A program made the translations under genes and the position numbers. From positions 3,472,001-3,536,000 of the forward strand of contig JAUFOQ010000016.1 in assembly GCA_040285855.1 (NCBI GenBank): a stretch of 64,000 nucleotides of DNA. Reading direction: 5' to 3'. This DNA is from Eukaryota sp. GEM-RC1 (taxonomy: Eukaryota). Under the pieces are notes generated by a model. That model did not search any database. It saw only the letters and a program-made list of their open reading frames with translations, and had not been told where the DNA came from. How positions within the stretch are numbered: position 1 is the stretch's first letter; each line of letters begins with the position of its first letter. Below, piece by piece: positions 38,845 through 51,363 of the stretch.

Positions 38845-39230
38845 TTAGAGGCAACCTAAATATACAACTAAATATAGAAAATAGAGTAGATGTGGATCAT
38901 TTAATATCTTTTAAGTACTAGTTGTTTGTATTTCGTTAATTTATAACATAAAATTACATGTCTACTAAATATAGAAAATGAATAAATATACAAAAGACAA
39001 AAATACAACATACGGTCATAAATCTGTGATTGACAATACTTTCCCACAGCAAAATGGCAGGTAGAATCTCATCTCTGAACGATGTGTGTGTTATGGTTAC
39101 ATAGAATAACAGAGAAGTTGTGTATTTGAACTGGAAGAAAAGAAGTGACATTAAACTCTAGTTACACCATAGTCGTGCAACTTGTCTAGCAGGTTCAGGG
39201 ACATCATTTTTTTAAGGGGAACTTGGTCTA
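38845..39230 (-). repeat. Family G copy containing an 81-bp A1 3'-end insertion (38883-38963)
   Basis: 16-bp TSD ACTAAATATAGAAAAT at 38867-38882 and 38964-38979. Confidence 0.8.
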
Positions 39231-39689
39231 TTGGCTCATTATGGTGGTTTGGGCTTTTCACGAGCTTCATATTTAACTGAAAGTGCATTTATTGGTGGAA
39301 TGAACAATTTTCTATTGGTATTTATATCCAGATACGTTTTTTTGTTCAATAAAAGACTCATTCATCTACTCCTTCCCTAAGAACAATACAGTGAAACTAT
39401 GACAAAGTACAACAAGTAATTCCAGTGTGAAACCGAATTCAATAAGTTCAATTTAGCACAATATTTGGCATTTTTTATTTTTCCCCAAGCAACAGGGAAT
39501 TTTTAGCACTAGATTTAGCAAGTTTTTGGTGGAATCATTATAAACATCGATAGACATAACATTGGCAATAATGAAAGATTCATCGAGACCGGGAAATATG
39601 ACATCACCACGGCAATTTCCAAACGATTGTCAACATCGGTATCATCAATCAAACCAGCCACAACTGGTTCTAAAAGGAGACTATTCCAT

Positions 39690-40890
39690 AAGAAATTTTT
39701 GGTCGTAAAATTAATCACTTTTTACGTGGGTAACCACCCGAACTAACTCTCGAATTATCTCGTAATTTTAAATCATTGCGCACAAATATTGTTAGTTATC
39801 TGGTTGGTAACAAAGACTCTTCACTTCCTTGTCATTGTTTCACTTCTACTTCTTTTGGTGGTATTGGTTTCACGAAAGCTAAGTACAAGCGTGATGGTGT
39901 CTTTTTGGAGTCTTTAAAGAATGTTTTGTTTGAATTTCAGAATCGTTATCCTGTGTTATGGAAAACGAAAGATTGTTTTCTTCACTCACCTTGTGCATGG
40001 TTAATTAGTCTTCAAAATTTAATTGATAATCTTGACTCCGATTTGTGGTCAGATATATTTCCTGTTGGGGTAACAGAAATTCAGCTGAGACCAAGCCTTT
40101 TCTCTTTGCCTCTGTGTCTTCGCAAGTTACAGAAGAAGTTTGTTTTGTTTCACGAAAGCTTGGACTTTAAAAACCGCATTAGCTTGGCTAAGACTAAGAG
40201 TCCCGCTTTTTGTGCTTTTTTGAATGATATTACTTCAAGCTCTGCATCTTCATTTGTATCTCGTTTGCCAAGAAAATCTTGTTTTAATCTTAAGGATCAT
40301 GAATGGCTTAGAAACATGAGACTTATGTTAGGTTTATGGCCTTCAGGTCTTATGAAGCACTCATCATGTCTTTGTGATCATTCAAAGGCTTCAAATTATC
40401 TTCAGTTAGTTAACTGTCATCAATTTGTTAATTTAATATCAATTATTGACAACAGTATCAGGGATACCTGTTTGGAAATGTTTAAAGCCAATGGTTTTAT
40501 GGAAAAATCGAACCTTTACTTGCTAATCTTTCTGATCAGCCAAAAGTTGATAGAAGTCGTGGTGATTAGATTGGTTTTTGGTTGTCTTGTCAGTAAAGTA
40601 TCATGGATTTCACAGCTGTTGATCCTTGTAATTCAGGATCATTTTCCAAAAAATTTTGATGATTATACTGCTCTTGAAGTGACTAAAAAGGAAAAATGCA
40701 AAGTACTGTCACTTAATTAACCAATTGAATGTTGACAGGTACAATTCTATTGTGTTTCAACCTTTTGCGATGTCGATACACGGTAGTAATGGACCAACTT
40801 CACAAGGTTGTTTAACTTCCTTTGGTAAATTGTGTTCTGAGTATTAACTTCTTCATTTATGTCATTGATTGATCATAAACCCCGTTTTTT
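39690..40890 (+). mobile_element. Family E CRE-like retrotransposon, longest copy, degenerate
   Basis: ORF 39776-40720: GGIGFT, NMRL, CLC..VNC; 3' end CATAAACCCCGTTTTTTT. Confidence 0.85.
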
Positions 40891-41040
40891 CTTCCATAAG
40901 ATGCTTTTATTATTATATGTATTTTTGTACTCTCCATCAGTAAACGTTTTTTAAATACATTTAAATATAATATACGTACTGATTTCACACACTTCTGTAG
41001 TAAATCAACAGGTTCAATTTTTATGCACAATAATAAACAG

Positions 41041-41655
41041 TTAACAATACTGATGGACTCGTCTCTTCCTTAAGTTCTTAATCATGTTCCTTCTCTTAAG
41101 GGCATGCAGGTTCGCATTGGTCATTGGAATCCACATTTTCTGTGGTTGTTTTTTAACAAATTGCTCAGCAGAAGCATCGATATTTGATTCTCCTTTAGCC
41201 CTGCCACGAACAAACCGCCACAAGAGACTACGGTTCTTAAGTCGCTTTTTCTTTTGCTCTCTGCAAATTTTGTCAACATTTACAAGGTGTTCCTGCCTCT
41301 TAGCTGATTTTTCAATGTGGTAAGTGGCTCTACGTGCTGCAGCCCTGTGCAATCGGCATTCCAAAGCTGCTTTCTTTGCTTGTTTGTTTGCTTGTTCTGC
41401 TTCTTTTCTTTTCATAAGCCGCTGCATCACTCGCATGTTATGAACTCGTAGCCTAATGGTTGATCTGAGTAACATACCATTTCTTCTGTTAAAAGCAGCC
41501 CTCATTTTTCTTTCATGTTTCATCTTTTTCCGAATGAGACTCGCCAAATTCTCATTCTTACATGTACATTTCTTTGGATTTTGAAACACTGAGGGGGATT
41601 TGTCTGTCAATACAGTCTGGTAAGCAACATTTTCGTTCACAACAAGAATATCCAT
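41041..41655 (-). CDS. Hypothetical basic coiled-coil protein
   Basis: 204-aa ATG-initiated ORF, K/R-rich, no recognised domain. Confidence 0.55.
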   Translation of the reverse strand: MDILVVNENVAYQTVLTDKSPSVFQNPKKCTCKNENLASLIRKKMKHERKMRAAFNRRNGMLLRSTIRLRVHNMRVMQRLMKRKEAEQANKQAKKAALECRLHRAAARRATYHIEKSAKRQEHLVNVDKICREQKKKRLKNRSLLWRFVRGRAKGESNIDASAEQFVKKQPQKMWIPMTNANLHALKRRNMIKNLRKRRVHQYC

Positions 41656-41910
41656 TTTAGAAGGATGAATGTGGTGTAGTTTCCGATAATCATATGAACA
41701 GCATTAGTAGATATCTTTATTATTGTGATATCCGAATACTTATCACGCATTCAACAGATAATCATTTTTGATGTCTGCAAGAAGACAATTCGTTAAAAAA
41801 TGAACTGCTGGATGACTGAATGATTCTTCACTTCTACAACCAAATGAATACTGGTAAAGTGTACTACAAAACTGAAGCTTTTGTTGAAGAATACCTAAAC
41901 TCTTGAGGAT

Positions 41911-42096
41911 AAAAAACGGGGTTTATGATCAGTCAGTGAAATAAATGCATTTGCAGAAGTTAATAACTAACAGACACCAACTAAAGTATCTAAACTATAA
42001 TCCTTCTGTCCATGAACGAACAACTTACCTAAAATTGAATTAAAATATCTGTGCATTGAACGAAACAACGCAAACGTTAACCTACTCAACCAAAAA
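41911..42096 (-). mobile_element. Family E 3' fragment
   Basis: Near-identical to 34455-34636. Confidence 0.82.
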
Positions 42097-42130
42097 CTCT
42101 CTTGAGAGAATGAGAATTATAGTCAGGGGT

Positions 42131-42197
42131 ATCAGAAATAACGAGTCAATCAATGTACTATAATTTATAGTACATTGATTGACTCGTTATTTCTGAT
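42131..42197. repeat. Perfect inverted repeat, 33-bp arms, 1-nt spacer
   Basis: ATCAGAAATAACGAGTCAATCAATGTACTATAA-T-reverse complement. Confidence 0.95.
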
Positions 42198-42235
42198 TGA
42201 AACCATACTTGTGGCTCACAAACACATATAATCAC

Positions 42236-42298
42236 CAGTGAACGCTAACACGTGTTAACACGTGTTAGATTCAATTTTGAGCGTGTTAGCGTTCACTG
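42236..42298. mobile_element. 63-bp hAT-type micro-MITE
   Basis: 17-bp TIR CAGTGAACGCTAACACG; perfect 8-bp TSD ATAATCAC. Confidence 0.85.
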
Positions 42299-42358
42299 AT
42301 AATCACACCAGGTTTATTCAATTGTGATTGTAATACTTGTGAAATCATCTATAAACTA

Positions 42359-42551
42359 CACTGGTCACAATATTTAGTCTCAGTGCAAAATTAGTCTCAC
42401 TGGGACTAATTTATGTTTTGCGTCCTGTTTGACATTTTAGAGGCAAATTTCGCTAGATGAAAATTAGTCTCAGCGAGACTAATTTATGAATAGACCATTT
42501 TGAAACTAGGTTATGAATTAGTCTCACTGAGACTAATTGTTGTGACCAGTG
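42359..42551. mobile_element. TA-TSD MITE related to 37956-38556
   Basis: TIRs CACTGGTCACAA; TA flanks; TTAGTCTCAnTGAGACTAA repeats. Confidence 0.85.
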
Positions 42552-43254
42552 TACATGTATATGATAAATCTAGACCACTGTTTTCAACTGAAAAGTGGTT
42601 CGTTAAACCACTAATTGCTGTTAGAAATGCCATCACTTAAATATGTGTTGAAACTAAGAATGGACTGTACTACCAACCTTTGTACTGCTACTGGGAGATT
42701 TTTGAATGCTTTATACTTATGAAGCTTAAGACTCAATTTACACAAGAATTTTATTACCAAAAACTGATCTTTGTACAAGTTTTGTAGGGTTTGAACCACT
42801 TCTTACTGATTCGGTGCACCAACCTATTGTTTCTGAAATGATTGCTTTGCCTGTCCATATCAATGATATTCCATTGGTAAAGATCTTTATTCGCAGATGA
42901 ATCAAATTGATATAAATGAATTAAACAGTCTTTGTAGTATAGTAAGAACTTTGGTTAACAAATAAGCTCACAGAATCACAGATCATGCAGAATAAGCCTA
43001 TAAAATCGAAAGGAATTGGTCATAATTTAATTTTCAGTCGCTAAAGACAGGGTTAGGACATGACCAACAACCCAAAGCAAATATAGTGGAACACATTGAT
43101 ATGGTCTCTAAACAGTGAAATAATTCGTGTTCACAATAACAAGAACTTCTGTTATAAGTACAAGTTCATTGCACAATGTCAGAATATTGAGTTCTTGTGA
43201 TCACATGTGATGTGATTGTGAAGTAGTGTGATCCACAAGTATGACTGAAACTAA

Positions 43255-43645
43255 AAAATTATACAAAAATTTGCAATAGATCAAACAACTAAAATTTGAT
43301 ATCATAAAAACAACACCTGTCGCTATCAAACATTACAATAGCTTTATCCTCATAAAACGAACTCACTGCTAATAAAGCTTTGGAGATGATTAGATGAACT
43401 GTTTTAAAAACAGTAAAAACGATCCGATTCAAACATAACATATGATCAAAACGTTTGTTCATCCTATTTTTTACGATTTTTCCGAAATCGTTTAAAAAAT
43501 TCAATGCACTTTTCCTAAACGTCCGTAAATTGAAACGGCAAAGGGCATAATTCGTACTCAACATGTTTTACATGTTTTAAAGCCAGCAATGGTTTCTTGT
43601 ACTTATCCTGTTTGGTCTGTTCAGAAATGTCTAAAGGAGAAGTAA
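43255..43645 (-). mobile_element. C-related RLE retrotransposon 3' fragment abutting the VPS35 3' end
   Basis: LNRIVFTVFKTV..ISKALLA...CCFYDIKF*. Confidence 0.75.
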
Positions 43646-43678
43646 AACAAAAATTATACAAAAATTTATAAATAAGAC

Positions 43679-46203
43679 CTAAACATCTGTAGAAATTTCA
43701 GCATAAATTTCGGCATATTTGGTGTCACTCTTTCGTGCTTCAATATGTGCTTTAACATTGTCAAAAACTGATTGTCCACTAGGATCTTCAGGTAAATTAC
43801 TGGCAACCAAGGACAGAATTCCATTGATGTGAGTGCTGGTGATTCTCGCTTCACCTTTACTACCAAATCTCTCGAAATGATACAAGAAACGTTCCAAAAT
43901 AGCAACCAAAAGCGATACATCTACTTGAGTTTCCATACATTTATCGGCCATTTTAAAAGCTCTCTTTAATACCTCCAATATACGATCCTCGTCGATATTC
44001 TCAAATAAGTGAGAACAAAGGACCAGCGCTGAGCATTGATCAGGACGTAAAAGAAGTTGAGAGTGAAGTTGAGTAGTTCTGGAGGCCAATGTTTGGTGAA
44101 ACTCTTGAGGAAGTTTCAAGGCAACTAGAGTTGCGACAATCTGACGGAATACGTCTAACTGTTTACGAGAATCACCTAAAGGTTCTCTTTCAAAAATCAA
44201 TAATACTTGAGCCATTGAGTCATAAGAAAGAGTGATTTCATCTAAACTAGCAGCAATTAAAGCAACTTGAGAAAGAATTGACAAAGATAATTTAGGATCT
44301 AAATCTCTCATTATTTCACAGTAAACCATGGCCAAACGAATAGCAGCTCTGGTAGGGGAATCATTTGCCAAGTCAACAGAAGTCTTTTGACTGTTGAGAT
44401 CAAGGGGATCTTCGATTTGATCTTCTTCCTCTTGAATGTCTTCCTGAGATTCAGTGGTTTCGTCAGATTCTTGTTGATTCTCGTTGACTTCTTTGGGACA
44501 ACCAGTTCTCGCAGCGTGAAGAGTGACCAAAACTAAGGAAGGAATGATAACTCGAAGACGGAGATCGCCGGATTTTTTCAAAATTTCATAAATTTGATTG
44601 ACAATTTCCAACTGTACAGAACTATCACCAACACCATCAAAAGAGTGAATCATTTTTGATAAAAGAACAGCATCATCCATAATATCTTCCTCATCAACCT
44701 CCTTATTGTTATACAAAGGAACTACCAATCCAAGGATTGATTGAACCCACGTTTCAACTTCCTCTTTCGGAAGATCAGAAGGGATCAACTTCTTAGAGAC
44801 AGCACTGTCTGCCAATGCTCTAGCCAATTGTCTTGCAGGGAAAGCAGGTAAAAGAGACATGGCCAATGAGTAGTTTGATAACTTTGCGATTCTAGTCAGG
44901 TCATTGTATTCCTCAACTGGCAGCTTAAGTAAAGCCAAAAGTTGTCGAGAAATAGTACTACTTGTTCTGAAACATTCAGGGTTACCACTAGTGTCAGCAT
45001 GGTTAGGTAAATGACCAAGCACTTGGTCTACATAGTCTAATCGATCGGGGAAACACTTGAAAACAACAGCCAACAAAGCATCACAGAGACAAATGACGTC
45101 AGAAGGGCCCATGATCTCTTTTCTCTTTGCAGTGATTTCGGAAACGTGATGAGAGAAAACAGTGAAAAGATCAACAAACTTGGGATCCAATGCAGGGACA
45201 GACTCTGGGTTTTTGGAAGCAAACTCTGCCAATCTGGAAACGTATTGAGAGACGATAGAGTTGACGTCAACATCGTTATGAAGGTCAGAACAAGTGGTCA
45301 AAAAGAGCTCAATCGTTCGCAGATGGTGGTCGTCGGGAAAAGCGTGGATAAGAGACTCCATTAGATATTGTTGAGCAATAGCATCCTTGCAGTGAATAAC
45401 TTGTTTGAGGATTATAGGAAGGACTTTTTCAGAGAAGATTGAGTGATCCATTCCATCAATATTGGCAAGCACAGACAGATTATGACCGACCAAAACACGC
45501 AAGTCAAGTCGCTCCTTCCTTCTTTTTCAACAGCCTTGGTCTTGTTAGCTTTAGTGATCTTGGCTTGTTCTTCAGCGGGAAGTTCATTTTGAGACTTACT
45601 TAGGGGAGTAGATTCTAGAGGAAGGTGTTGGATACGTACCCAGAGCTTGTTCATCTCAATAAAGTTTGATAGAACAAACTGAACGGAATCATGGATGTCT
45701 CCATGGCGAGTATCAGTAGTGTTAGCGTTAGGAAGGTAATCCTTGGACATTTGAAGGAGGTAAGAGCGAAGGAAGAGACCGCGCATAGGGTGCTGCACTC
45801 CTCGACACATTTCAATGAGATCCTTGAGAATGTGGGAGATGGGAGCTTCACCTGTCTTCATGAACACAGCGCCAACGGTGATGAGAAGATAGAGACGGGG
45901 AACGATGTTGCCTACCCTCTGGACATAGATGTAGTACTCATTCATAGATCGTCCTCGCTGCGCCTCGTCATGGAAGAAACCTTCTAGATAGCGAAGTTCG
46001 TCCGATATAGAAATGTACAGAGAGAAATAGTTTTGAGCAGAGAGGGAAGAAGTTCTGAACTCGGAAAGCATGGATGTGGCGGTTTTCGCTATTTCTCTGA
46101 AGTTTTGAGCATCAATATGCCTTTGTAATAGAACTGAAAGCTGTTTGACATGAATAACAGCTTCATCAAGGAACTTGACTTGATCATCAGGGGTTGTTGA
46201 CAT
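43679..46203 (-). CDS. VPS35: Retromer subunit VPS35, 1 frameshift near 45525
   Basis: PRLYLLITVG, EMCRGVQHPMRGLFLR, NFIEMNKLWVRIQH, CKDAIAQQYLME, FPDDHHL. Confidence 0.96.
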
Positions 46204-46270
46204 GAAGGAATTTGAGTTTAGGTCAAGAAATTGCTGACAAGAATTCTCACCCCTTCAAATCTCCTTCTTT

Positions 46271-46530
46271 ATGCCCAAAAAAGCTTTTCTTCCGGAGCTT
46301 GAATCTTATATTGGAACCTTTGTTGAAGTAAATCTCAATGCCAATCGTGTTGTTCATGGAAAATTACAGGGATTCGATGTCTTCATGAACATCGTGGTTG
46401 AGAACGCCGTCGAAGTATCTAATGATAAACACATCCCAATGGGAGTAACAGTATGATTGAAGCAATATTATTCTCATTATAGGTTATTAGAGGCAATTCA
46501 ATAGTTTCTCTGGAGCAAATACCGGTTTAG
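46271..46530 (+). CDS. SNRPG: Sm protein G, intron 46451-46482
   Basis: LNANRVVHGKLQGFDVFMNIV...GVT|VIRGNSIVSLE. Confidence 0.9.
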
Positions 46531-47885
46531 TGTTCAATTGTTTTGAATACTATTGATCTGTTCTTCCCATTGTAACCACACTGAACATCATCCCTTTTTG
46601 TTTTCTTGTCCACTCAATGTCTCATTATATGGATGCAACTTCTGCCAGCATTTTCATTTGTAGCTGATGTCTTTTTGTTTATTATTTTCTAAAGTAATGG
46701 GCTTTCTATGAAATACAACCTGTAGATGCTTTTTCAGATGTAATTAATTCTTTTGGTTATCAACAATATATACACCTGAAAATGACAGAAACGATTCCCA
46801 AGTCGATCACTACTCCTAGTTGTAGTTGGAAATCCTACCTACGATATGTGTAATGATTCCAAGAACATACTTCTAGTTGCCAAGTCCAATGTTAAGAACC
46901 CTCTTTAAATTTCGAAAAACACTCGTTCTCTTTGCTTTACAAGCTATATTTTGGTAAATAATTTGTTTTTTGGAACTGAATTAAGTCTTACACTCCTACA
47001 TGGAAAAACTAAAGTATAGTTACTAAACGCTCCAGTAATGAATATCCTCAAAGGTGTTTGGACAATGTCACCAAACGTATCTTTATAATGCCTGTCAAGA
47101 AACAATAGAAGCAGCGGTATACATTCCAGTAAAAAAGCAAACACAGTCTTATTCTTCCAAAAGCAAAAGCTGGATCAAAAGCGCTACTCTTTCTTTCTTT
47201 ATAATTAACACAAAGTGCTCAAGTAATGATGTTGTTGAATCACATACACTGGTCATAGTGCTTAGTCTTTCTTAGACTAATTTCTAGGTACATTTTTCAA
47301 CTCCTGACATGGGTATTAATCTAAATTAGATTAATTACCATGTAACATTAAATAGTAGTCGAGACAAAAACTGTAGTTTCACTTAGAATAATTTGATTGT
47401 TACCATAAAAACAAATTTATTTTATACTAAATCACTCTCAAAATGCTTCAAATATTGTCCTCATTAATTTCATCTACACGTGCACTTACTGATGAATTAC
47501 TCCAATATACTCATGCAGTCGACTTCCCCAATTCCACCAGAATTTCATATACATATATATACCACAAGACAATACAGTATATTAAGTGAAATGTATTGAT
47601 CGCAATAAATACTTTTTCCTGTCTTTTTCTCTAAGACCTACTCATTCAAGCAGAGCTGTGACAACTTCATGAGGTCAGAGATGATTGTTACGAGGGTCCT
47701 ACAACTACTAGAAATAACCATACATGTGACGTATGATTGTTAATGCATCAATTGTCAACCGCTGCATTCAACATCCATCAACTCAATGAATAAAATTGTC
47801 AAATGTGTATCCAAAACTATGGCCATAAATAGTAAATGTTGGTTGTTGGGTGTAGCACACTTTATTCAAGGTACACGGTACTGAA

Positions 47886-48925
47886 TAGACATGTCATTCA
47901 GCGTGACGCGTTGTGACGTGTCGAACGTCGCGTCGACGTTGCACTGCGTCGACTTCAGATTTCTTATTTCACGTCGCGTCACGTCGACTTCAGAATTTTG
48001 GCGTCGGGTCCCAACGCGTCTCGACACGTCACTCATATAAATTTCACTTCATGATTGAACACGCTGATCCAGTTAATAGCTATTTACTTGCTCCGATTGT
48101 TTGGACAAGAGTTTCTCTAGTAGAACTTTGTATAAACAAGTTCTGTTAATTAATATGAATTTCAATTTTTGACATTTATTGGTCCAGTAGGTAGAAATTT
48201 TCGAAAATAAAGTTTTTCAGCGATTTCAATCTGTTATGTCGTTCTAATGGCACGGTTTTTAATGGTGATGTATACAATAATAAGAATTAAATTTGCTCTT
48301 TATAGAAGCATTCCCAAGTATATGTTCCATTTATTCGAAGTTGTATAGGGACAATTCTCGTGTTGATGTGGAGAATTTAACTTCTTTCATTTTCTGAATT
48401 AGTATGTATTAATTTATTGTTGCAAATACAAATACACTCTTTGGTTCTGTTTAAGTACTAGTATATTAAATGATGTCATGAAACAAATTCGATGTGATCT
48501 GCAGACAGTTTTCAAGCTGTACTCATCTTGGAAAAGTAAAAGTGTTTGTGCTCATTAAGATGAGCATTTATCCTCGATTGAGTCTGAAGACAATCACGAA
48601 CTTTGGACTTGAGTGTTGAGTTTGTAGTAGATGTTGTAGTAGTATCATTCAATTAAATGTTTTGATAGTATTGTTTGTGTTTGCCAGTTCATGTGTTCAC
48701 GCTATAAAAGGACATGGTCACTGCTTGGACGATTTATAATGCAATCGAATGAATCAAAGAATTAACAATATCGCAATGTTCTATTTCTATCTACGTTCGC
48801 GACGACTTTCAGCGACGTTTCGACGCGTCGACGTTGACTCGACGCGATCATTGTACGCGCTGAGTGACTCCGACGCAGAACAAATGACGTCACGTCGCGT
48901 CAAGTCACGCTGAATGACATATCTA
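47886..48925. mobile_element. Non-autonomous hAT element with CpG-rich subtermini; contains an A2 3' fragment (about 48210-48430)
   Basis: TIRs TAGA(C/T)ATGTCATTCAGCGTGAC; perfect TSD GTACTGAA. Confidence 0.88.
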
Positions 48926-49310
48926 GTACTGAAGGTTTACCATTAATGACCTTGAGTTAACATGTACTTGTACAAAAATTTGGATAATTTCAAAACCTTC
49001 TGTACATGTCTCGATACTGTGTAAAGAACCGTTTCCTAAAACAAAGACTATTTGTACAGACTGGAAAATGGAGTATTCATTTACAACACAATGGTAGCAC
49101 CAAACAAGAAGTGACTAATACACTGGTAGTCTTCTAATGGGTAATTGTGTCACAAAACGCCTTGTATGTACAAATACAGATACAGAATATCATCAATATC
49201 TCTACATCATCTCAAATGTATGTCTCAATGCAAAGAGACGGTTCGAAATCGAATTCAAATACTTAAACAATGCTTTGAAGGGGCAAAAATACAGTTGGAT
49301 GAACTAGAAA

Positions 49311-49583
49311 AAACGGGGTTTATGATCAGTCAGTGAAATAAATGCATTTGCAGAAGTTAATAACAAACAGACACTAACTAAAATATCTAAACTATGATCC
49401 TTCTGTCCATCACCAAACAACTTACCTAAAATTGAATTAAAATATCTGTGCATTGAACGAAACAACACAAACGTTAACCTACTCAACCAACAATTTTCAT
49501 TGAAATATTTACCATACTCGGAACACAATTTACCAAAGGAAGTTAAAAAACCTTGTGCAGCTGGTCCAATATTACCGTATATC
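49311..49583 (-). mobile_element. Family E ~270-bp insertion just upstream of the protease gene
   Basis: 10-bp TSD GAACTAGAAA at 49301-49310 and 49584-49593. Confidence 0.88.
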
Positions 49584-49646
49584 GAACTAGAAATAGATTC
49601 AACAACCACTGAAAAGTCAAATTTAGCCCATCTTTTTTTTTCCATC

Positions 49647-50755
49647 ATGAAAGTGCTCCTTCTTGTTGTTGCCCTTATTGGGTTGGCTTTAGCCGATGAG
49701 GTGTCCGATAGACAACAGTTTTCTCGCTTCCTAAACGAACATCGTAGATTATATGCCAATGAGGAAGTTGAATCTCGTTTCCGAGTCTTCCAACAGAATC
49801 TTCGTGTCATTGAGCAATTAAACGAACAAAATCCCTATGCTACTTTCGGTGTTACTGAATACGCTGATTTGTCCTCTGAAGAATTCATTGCATTGAAGAC
49901 CTCAGTTAGACCTGATACTATTCCTCTCACCAACGAAGAACGTCGTCTTGCTCGTGTAGACATGCTTAAAAACGCCGCTGCTCCTTATGAATGGTCTTGG
50001 GTTGCGCAAGGCAAAGTTCCACCCGTCGTTAACCAGGGATCTTGTGGTATGTCAAACGCTTTTTTCTAATTTCAGGTTCGTGTTGGGCATTTTCCGCAGC
50101 TGAAGCTGTCAGTTCCGTCGCTGCTGTCCAACAAAGTGGTCCTGTTTATCAGCTTGCTCCCCAGGAATTTGTTGACTGTGATCGTCGTTCTCATGGCTGC
50201 TCTGGAGGTTGGCCTCATCAAGGTGTGTCATTCAAGTTCCATTCCTAATCAAAGCTTTCATGTATATGATCGAAAACAACAGAAAGGTGGCTCAAGAATC
50301 TTATTATCCCTATCATGCTCGTCAAGCTTCTTGCTATGCCCAACAGGTACAAGGTGCTGTCGGTATTGCTGATTACGGTTTTGTTAGTGGAAGTGCATCT
50401 GTTGCTGCCAGAGATGGTGATGTCATGAATGCTTGTTATGCTTATGGTATTCTTTCCGTTGCTATTGATGCCACTGCTGTATGATTTTTTGATGTTCTCA
50501 TTTTAGTTCCAACATTATTCCGGTGGTGTCATTACCAATCCATCTTCCTGTGGTGGAAGAATCAATCATGCTGTTAACATTGTTGGTTATGCCACTGACT
50601 CTCATGCTGGTGAATACTGGCTTGTAAAGAACAGCTGGGGTAGTTCCTGGGGTGAAGGCGGTTTCGGAAGAATTGCACGTGGTTATGGAACCTATGGTAT
50701 CTGTCAGATCAACACTTATGTTGCCGCTGCTTGTGCTCGTTCGGGATGTAACTAG
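49647..50755 (+). CDS. Papain-family (C1A) cysteine protease with signal peptide and I29 prodomain; introns 50047-50075, 50223-50254, 50479-50506
   Basis: Spliced product has NQGSCGSCWAF, GCSGGWP, INHAV, YWLVKNSWG..WGE.G; ERFNIN-like prodomain. Confidence 0.95.
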
Positions 50756-51363
50756 ATTTATTGAGGTTTGATATAACATTTATAAATTTCGTCTGTAAAG
50801 AAAATTGTTGTACAGTAAACTCTCTCTAATTGAAACCACTTGGTGAACGGAGTTTCGTGTCAATTACAGAGAGTTCCTATGAATCTACCCTAAACATCCA
50901 CATTTGTTTCGGAACATCAAATATGTTATTAATTAGTCTGCAAGACCAAATTAACATGTCTGATCCACAGAACAACTACATTACAAAGAATGCTCCTAGT
51001 CCGACTTAAACAAATGTTATTAGCTAGTTTGTATTTGTAAGAGTAAATAAAAGGCGTTTTCTGTTATTAGCTTGACTCAAATTAATCGTCCCGTTTTTTT
51101 AAAAAAAAGACTGTTTTTAAAAACCAGAAGAGTCTAGGTACTATAGGATTTATGAAAAACAACAACGTCTTCCTCTGTCTCCACACTAAATCAATATATA
51201 GCAGCTTGCTATAGATGCGACACCCAGAATACAGCATAACGTTGCCTTCAATGTTTCAATTAGGTCGCAAAAAGTGTTTCAATTGTTTCAATTTTGAATT
51301 TGGTCGCGTTTGAATTTTACTCGGTGGTATGGGTTTTTGTTGCAATTTCAGAGAGTTTTCAAT

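Noticed and set aside
49500..49646. N-terminal extension of the protease ORF
   Set aside because: It derives from the antisense family E insertion; the signal peptide starts at ATG 49647
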